Shown: piece after piece, positions 58,141-64,000 of the stretch | Position numbering within the stretch: the first letter of the stretch is position 1 | Layout: every line of letters begins with the position of its first letter | NCBI GenBank assembly: GCA_963701295.1 | Contig: OY969585.1 | Location: 1,888,001 to 1,952,000, forward strand | Length of the DNA: 64,000 nt | Source: Ignavibacteriota bacterium | GTDB taxonomy: Bacteria > Bacteroidota > Ignavibacteria > UBA10030 | Reading direction: 5' to 3' | Translations under genes and position numbers: made by a program | The notes under the pieces: generated by a model | The model's input: only the letters and a program-made list of their open reading frames with translations | What the model was told of the DNA's origin: nothing | Databases searched by the model: none

Positions 58141-61002
58141 ATGACAAAAAAAATAAATAGACAGAAAAACCTGCGGAAGGTTACTGAGAAAAACATGAAC
58201 AACCTTCCAAAGGGTTCAGGCAGTCGTAAACCTTCCGATATCATCATCCGTGGTGCGCGGGTTCATAACCTCAAAAACATTAACCTCACACTGCCGCGGA
58301 ACAAACTTATTGTATTCACTGGTGTCAGCGGCTCTGGTAAATCAAGTCTCGCATTTGATACCATTTATGCAGAAGGGCAGCGCCGATATGTCGAAAGTCT
58401 TTCCTCTTACGCTCGCCAATTTCTCGAGAGAATGGAAAAACCGGATGTCGATCTGATTCAAGGAATCAGTCCGGCAATCGCCATCGAGCAAAAGACAACT
58501 TCACGCAATCCCCGCTCGACTGTTGCCACCACCTCTGAAATCTACGATTACCTTCGCTTGCTTTTTGGGCGCATTGGGCAAACGTATTGCCGCGTGTGCG
58601 GAAAATTGGTAAAGCGCGATACGGTGAGCACTGTTGTTGATCGACTCCAACAAGAACCGGAAGGAACAAAAGTGTACGTAATGTTCCCGATGCATGATCA
58701 TCCGGGAAGAACAGTAAAAGAGGAAATCGATGTCCTCAAGAAGCGTGGTTTTTTCCGGCTTGTGGTGAATGATGAGCTTATTGATTTAAATGAAAACGCT
58801 TTTAAAGCGAAATCGAAAAAGGGAATCAATATTCTTGTTGATCGTCTTGTCATCCGAAAGAATGAGACAGAAAGCATGACTCGACTTGCTGATTCCGTAC
58901 AAACGGCGTTTGAAGAAGGAAGCGGATATGCTTTGGCTATCATCTTGGAATCGAAGCAGCTACTCAGGTTCTCACAGCATTTTGAATGTGTGGAAGACAA
59001 TATCCGCTATGAAGATCCAGAGCCGCGGTTCTTCTCGTTTAATAATCCGGTTGGAGCTTGCCCAACGTGCCAGGGATTCGGAAGAATTATCGGCATTGAC
59101 ATGAATCTTGTTGTGCCGGATCCAAGCAAGACGATTCGAGATGGAGCTATTTTACCATGGACATTTCCACGGTGGCGCGAAAATCTTATCGACCTGCTTC
59201 ACATTGCAAAGGAGGTTGATTTGCCGGTGGATATCCCATTCAGCGAGTTGACAAAAGAACAACTCGCGATCATAATGGACGGTTGTAAAGGGTTTGACGG
59301 TATCCACAAGTATTTCAAATTCATCGAACGTAGATCGTACAAACTGCACTATCGTGTTTTTCTCAGCCGCTTTCGCGGTTATACGACATGCGATGATTGC
59401 GGCGGATCGCGTCTGCGGAAGGAAGTACTCAATGTCCGCGTGAGCGAAAAAAATATCCAGGATTTTGTTCGAATGACCATTGAAGAAGCGAATCGGTTCT
59501 TTCAAGATATCCGTCTTTCAAAGTATGAAGAGGAAGTTGCCAAGCGTATCTTAGAAGAAATTCGTAAGCGGCTTCGCTTCCTTGATGGAATCGGGCTTGG
59601 GTATATCACGCTTGACCGATTGACAATGACACTCTCCGGCGGAGAATCACAGCGCATTAATCTTGCAACATCGCTCGGTTCTTCATTGATGGGATCACTC
59701 TATGTTCTTGATGAACCTACCATTGGATTACACCCGCGCGATAATCTCCGACTTGTCCACTTGCTCAAGTCATTGCGTGATATTGGCAACACAGTGTTGG
59801 TTGTTGAACACGACGAAGAGATGATGCGCGAAGCCGATATCATAGTGGATATCGGTCCGCGGGCAGGTGAACACGGCGGCGAAGTTGTGTTCCATGGAAC
59901 AATGGAACAACTTCTGCAGCATCCAACGTCGCTGACGGCGAAGTATCTCAATGGTACACTCACCATTCCAACACCGAAATCGAGGAGGGTAGACAAAGAA
60001 CAATCGCTCTTTATTCACGGTGCATCGGAGAATAATCTGAAAAATATTGATATTCGAATTCCATTGAATATGTTTGTCTGTATGACGGGTGTAAGCGGTT
60101 CGGGGAAGAGCACGCTGGTACACAAAGTGCTGTATGCAGGAATGATGAAGCAGAAAGGTGGGTACGATGGAACTGCGGGTAAATGTAAAGCCATCGAAGG
60201 AATTGATTCAATCAACAATATTGAGCTGGTAGATCAATCGCCACTTGGAAGAAGCCCGCGTTCCAATCCTATCACGTACATCAAAATATTCGATCTTATC
60301 CGCGATGTACTTGCTCACACGCCGGCTGCAAAGACGCACGGTTATGCACCGGGACATTTTTCGTTCAATGTGCCCGGAGGCCGCTGCGAAGTATGCGAAG
60401 GAGACGGTTTGCAGAGGATCGAAATGCAATTTCTTGCAGATATTTTTCTCCCGTGCGAATCATGTAAAGGAAAGCGCTTTAAGCAGGAAGTGCTCGATGT
60501 TCGATACCGCGGCAGGAACGTGGATGATATCTTGAATATGACGGTAACGGAAGCGATAGAATTCTTTTCCGCTTCTGCAGACGGCAGGCGGATAGCAAAA
60601 CGGCTGAAGGTTCTGGATGATGTTGGGCTTGGATACCTTCGGCTTGGGCAGCCGGCAACTACGCTTTCAGGCGGTGAGGCACAGCGCATCAAACTTGCGC
60701 ATCACCTTTCAACTTCCGAGCAGGAAGGGAATACGCTCTTTATTCTCGACGAACCAACCACTGGACTGCATTTTGACGACATTGCCAAACTTCTGAAATG
60801 TTTCGATGCTCTTGTAGAAGCAGGACACTCGATTCTTGTCATCGAACACAATATGGATGTTATAAAATGTGCCGACTTTGTCATTGACTTGGGGCCTGAG
60901 GCAGGAGAACGGGGCGGAGAAATTATTGCAACTGGAACACCAGAAGAGATCGCGAAAAATTCTCGTTCTTACACCGGCGGCTTTCTCAAACGTTACTTTT
61001 GA
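58141..61002 (+). CDS. uvrA: Excinuclease ABC subunit A (start may be 58195)
   Basis: Two GVSGSGKS, two LSGGE, Zn fingers. Confidence 0.96.
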   Translation: MTKKINRQKNLRKVTEKNMNNLPKGSGSRKPSDIIIRGARVHNLKNINLTLPRNKLIVFTGVSGSGKSSLAFDTIYAEGQRRYVESLSSYARQFLERMEKPDVDLIQGISPAIAIEQKTTSRNPRSTVATTSEIYDYLRLLFGRIGQTYCRVCGKLVKRDTVSTVVDRLQQEPEGTKVYVMFPMHDHPGRTVKEEIDVLKKRGFFRLVVNDELIDLNENAFKAKSKKGINILVDRLVIRKNETESMTRLADSVQTAFEEGSGYALAIILESKQLLRFSQHFECVEDNIRYEDPEPRFFSFNNPVGACPTCQGFGRIIGIDMNLVVPDPSKTIRDGAILPWTFPRWRENLIDLLHIAKEVDLPVDIPFSELTKEQLAIIMDGCKGFDGIHKYFKFIERRSYKLHYRVFLSRFRGYTTCDDCGGSRLRKEVLNVRVSEKNIQDFVRMTIEEANRFFQDIRLSKYEEEVAKRILEEIRKRLRFLDGIGLGYITLDRLTMTLSGGESQRINLATSLGSSLMGSLYVLDEPTIGLHPRDNLRLVHLLKSLRDIGNTVLVVEHDEEMMREADIIVDIGPRAGEHGGEVVFHGTMEQLLQHPTSLTAKYLNGTLTIPTPKSRRVDKEQSLFIHGASENNLKNIDIRIPLNMFVCMTGVSGSGKSTLVHKVLYAGMMKQKGGYDGTAGKCKAIEGIDSINNIELVDQSPLGRSPRSNPITYIKIFDLIRDVLAHTPAAKTHGYAPGHFSFNVPGGRCEVCEGDGLQRIEMQFLADIFLPCESCKGKRFKQEVLDVRYRGRNVDDILNMTVTEAIEFFSASADGRRIAKRLKVLDDVGLGYLRLGQPATTLSGGEAQRIKLAHHLSTSEQEGNTLFILDEPTTGLHFDDIAKLLKCFDALVEAGHSILVIEHNMDVIKCADFVIDLGPEAGERGGEIIATGTPEEIAKNSRSYTGGFLKRYF

Positions 61003-61007
61003 TACAT

Positions 61008-61763
61008 CTAAAATAATCCGCCAAACGTCAGCGTAATAAATAATCCGCCGAAATTCGTCATATAGCCGCCTTCCATGACTTCGATGCCGCTTGGATACGG
61101 TGCAAGGAAGTATTTGACACTCAAACCTGTGATTGTCCCCTTATCCATACCGAAATATACACCGGCTCCGATAAAACCGCCAAGAGTATATCGCAGCTGT
61201 CCATATTTGAGACTTGAAAAGAATTCAACCTTTCCTGGGTCGGTATAATAAATTGAACCATCAGGATTATAGTACGTTGTTGGATGAGCATAAGGAGCAA
61301 CGAATATCATTGTTGGGCCGAGTCCGGCAGTAATGAACGGACGAAGATTGTCAACGATGTCATCTTTAAACAAACGATATTGCACGCTGACAGTTAAAGG
61401 GAGAAGAAGTAATCGATTGATCTTGCCTGGGACAATACTGTTTCCATAATAATCGTACTGTTCAAACTCAGCATCATCTTTTACGTCAGAGATTGCAAAG
61501 TTGAACACCAATGAAAGTTCATCGCTCATTTCGTACCGATAGAATGCACCCATACCGAAACCATTATTGGATAAGAGCATGTCGAGGCCCCACGCGTGCA
61601 ATGTCGGACTATAGCTTTGTTCATGTATAAGATTTGGATTGGATGGTGTAAAGATAATGGTAGTATCAGGTGTCTTCGGTGTTTGTGCCAATGCGTGTGT
61701 GAACAAGAGGAATGCAAAGAAAAGGAATCGAACAGTGCAATATTTATTGATTTTGTATCTCAT
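61008..61763 (-). CDS. Probable small outer-membrane beta-barrel protein
   Basis: Signal peptide, alternating aromatic strands, C-terminal Phe. Confidence 0.65.
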   Translation of the reverse strand: MRYKINKYCTVRFLFFAFLLFTHALAQTPKTPDTTIIFTPSNPNLIHEQSYSPTLHAWGLDMLLSNNGFGMGAFYRYEMSDELSLVFNFAISDVKDDAEFEQYDYYGNSIVPGKINRLLLLPLTVSVQYRLFKDDIVDNLRPFITAGLGPTMIFVAPYAHPTTYYNPDGSIYYTDPGKVEFFSSLKYGQLRYTLGGFIGAGVYFGMDKGTITGLSVKYFLAPYPSGIEVMEGGYMTNFGGLFITLTFGGLF

Positions 61764-61830
61764 CGCGTTCAATATATCAAACGTATGAATTTAATAAAAG
61801 ATTCCAAAGATAAAAATCTGCTCAACGAAT

Positions 61831-62997
61831 TTAGCGAATAGCAAAAATACCGAATTTCAGGTATTTTGTCTCCGGCATTGCCGGGATAATCGGATGATCT
61901 GGGGCTGGGCCGGCGAATTCAAGGAGCTGTATCTTCCGTTTTGCTTTCACTGCTGCTTGTTCGATGGTGGAAAGAAATCCATCTTCCGTAATATGATGCG
62001 AACACGATGAGGAGACAAGATATCCACCCGGCGAAAGAATCCGCAGGGCTGCCGCATTGATTTCCTTGTAACCTCGAAGTGCTGCTGGAATATTCTTTTT
62101 GCTTTTTGTGAAGGACGGCGGATCGAGTATTATCACATCGAACCTCTTTCTGTCCTCGCCGAGTTGTTTGAGTGTATCGAGCACGTCTTCGATTACAAAA
62201 TCAGCAGCGGCGGTATTTAAACGGGCATTTACTTTCGCTTTCGCAATGGCAGATTCGGAAATATCCATTCCACGCACCGATATAGCTTGGGCTGCTGCGG
62301 CATGCAGCGCAAACCCTCCTTCGTTGCAGAAACAATCCAATACCGCAGCACCGATTGCATAACGATGAACTGCTTTCCGGTTTTCACGTTGATCAAGGAA
62401 GAATCCGGTCTTTTGCCCTTGGAGGATATCTACCTCAAATTTTACTCCATCGTCATCAATGATTGTAATGCTTGGATTTCCCCGTAAAACCTTCTTTTCT
62501 ATCGGCAATTCTTCCAGTGCACGGATTGCCACATCATTGCGGGCAACAATGGCTTTTGGATGGAATATGGATTCTATGACATCACAGATTGGTGCTATCC
62601 GTTTTTCCATTCCCGCAGAAAGAATTTGCAACGAGATGAACTCGTTATATTTATCAATGATGAGTCCGGGCAGGAAATCACCTTCACCATGTACAAGACG
62701 AAATGTCTCCGCGCCGGGATAGAGTTTCTGACGTAACACAAACGCTTGCTGAATTCGGCGTTCAAAAAAATTGACTGAGATATCTTCCTGTTCAGCCGTG
62801 AGAAAGCGAAAGGTAATAAGCGAATGGGGATGAAAAAAACCGAGTCCGAGAAACTTTTCGTCATGGCGAAGCAGTTCAACAATGTCGCCTCTTTCAGGGT
62901 CACCACGAAGAGAAGCAATCTCGTTGCTGAACACCCATTGATGTCCGGCGACAATTCGATGTTCTTCGTTTTTTTTGAGTATGATTTGTTTTTTCAC
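61831..62997 (-). CDS. rlmI: RlmI-like 23S rRNA m5C methyltransferase
   Basis: GHQWVFSNE, QKTGFFLDQR, ILDPPSF, SSCS, YLK; GTG start. Confidence 0.85.
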   Translation of the reverse strand: MKKQIILKKNEEHRIVAGHQWVFSNEIASLRGDPERGDIVELLRHDEKFLGLGFFHPHSLITFRFLTAEQEDISVNFFERRIQQAFVLRQKLYPGAETFRLVHGEGDFLPGLIIDKYNEFISLQILSAGMEKRIAPICDVIESIFHPKAIVARNDVAIRALEELPIEKKVLRGNPSITIIDDDGVKFEVDILQGQKTGFFLDQRENRKAVHRYAIGAAVLDCFCNEGGFALHAAAAQAISVRGMDISESAIAKAKVNARLNTAAADFVIEDVLDTLKQLGEDRKRFDVIILDPPSFTKSKKNIPAALRGYKEINAAALRILSPGGYLVSSSCSHHITEDGFLSTIEQAAVKAKRKIQLLEFAGPAPDHPIIPAMPETKYLKFGIFAIR

Positions 62998-63123
62998 AGA
63001 GATATAGTAGAGAGTTTTTGAGGGAGAATCAAGTTGAGGAGTTTGAAATGTTATGAGAGACTTTACATTAATCAAAAAGATGGTAAATTTGTACATCATT
63101 TAATACTAGTGGATGGGGCAACA

Positions 63124-63945
63124 ATGGTATCACAATGTCACTTCAATCAATGGACAATCTGGATATGTGTTTTTCTTTTGAGCAATATACTTTCTTGCTC
63201 AAAATCATCGGAGAGCCCATCGGATTCTGAAGGTGAGCTCTTCATTAAGCTCCTCGATGCTCCTGCGGATTATCAACGATTGAATATTGTTATCGATTAT
63301 GTATCGATCCATCGAATTGGGGTCGGTGAACCTTTCGGCTGGTCGATTGTTAGTACTAATGCTGTCGGGCCCATCGATCTGTTAAGTCTTCGGAACGGAG
63401 AAAGTGCGCAATTGCTTCTGAACAAAGTACCTGTTGGGGAATATGACCAGATTAAACTTCGTTTTGGACCTTGTACTGTGATGGAGAACGGATCGGAGTC
63501 CCTTTTAAATTTTTATACAGCGCCTCTGAACGAACATGTATTAAACTATGACTTTGAAGTCCTAGTAGGCCAGCAAGCTCAATTGACCTTTGATTTTGAT
63601 GTGTCTCGTTCTGTGAGTAAAATTGGAGCCAATTATTTTTTATTTACACCGGTAATTCGCGTACAGAATACGTTACTTTCTGGTTCCATATCAGGTTCGG
63701 TTGTCGATTCCAATCATAATGTTGTTCCGGCAACTATTTCCACTTGGACGGGAATTGATTCGGTCTCGACTTTGAATGATATTTCAAATGGGTCCTTCCA
63801 ACTTTCTGATCTACCGGAGAATTCGTATTCCGTCAGAATCGTTCCATTCGACACTATCTCGTTTTATGAGAAAAGAATCGATAGTCTGGTTGTTATAAGG
63901 CAGACTAAGAATAATCTTGGTGCAATTGTTCTCCAGCGACGATAG
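63124..63945 (+). CDS. DUF4382-like lipoprotein
   Basis: Lipobox ILSC, LLDAP, IDLLSL, YDQIKL, FDFDVSRS. Confidence 0.8.
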   Translation: MVSQCHFNQWTIWICVFLLSNILSCSKSSESPSDSEGELFIKLLDAPADYQRLNIVIDYVSIHRIGVGEPFGWSIVSTNAVGPIDLLSLRNGESAQLLLNKVPVGEYDQIKLRFGPCTVMENGSESLLNFYTAPLNEHVLNYDFEVLVGQQAQLTFDFDVSRSVSKIGANYFLFTPVIRVQNTLLSGSISGSVVDSNHNVVPATISTWTGIDSVSTLNDISNGSFQLSDLPENSYSVRIVPFDTISFYEKRIDSLVVIRQTKNNLGAIVLQRR

Positions 63946-64000
63946 ACTCCGTTGGGATCCTAATTGGTATAGCTGCATTTACCTATATTACCATCGAAAT

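Overview
Chromosomal window from an Ignavibacteria-like member of the FCB group. This is inferred from three T9SS-type C-termini (QNxPNPFNP), a bS22-like small protein and many D(S/T)-hydrophobic motifs. 1-6.9 kb: a lipoprotein, GAF-sigma54 activator, Ser/Thr kinase-PEGA and TPR operon, followed by phased TGCA boxes and a consensus-like -24/-12 promoter in front of a T9SS cargo gene. 7.0-21.9 kb is the main finding: three integrase-free cargo blocks stacked behind the 3' end of tRNA-Met(CAT). They carry an ABC exporter with oxidoreductases, an attC-like site with a GLUG/T9SS gene, and TetR with an RND pump. The junctions share a tRNA-derived (G)TAGCGGGG core and conserved left and right arms. 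The rest is mostly housekeeping: msrAB, tRNA-Val, thrS-infC-rpmI-rplT-pheST, zapA-6S RNA-rny-coaE (frameshifted)-argD, a large surface protein, metH, gpmA, ferredoxins, queG, an intact IS1595-family element, trxB, sppA, HU, an EF-G paralog, uvrA and rlmI. No CRISPR array, rRNA or integrase gene was seen. All calls come from reading motifs by eye; no searches were run.
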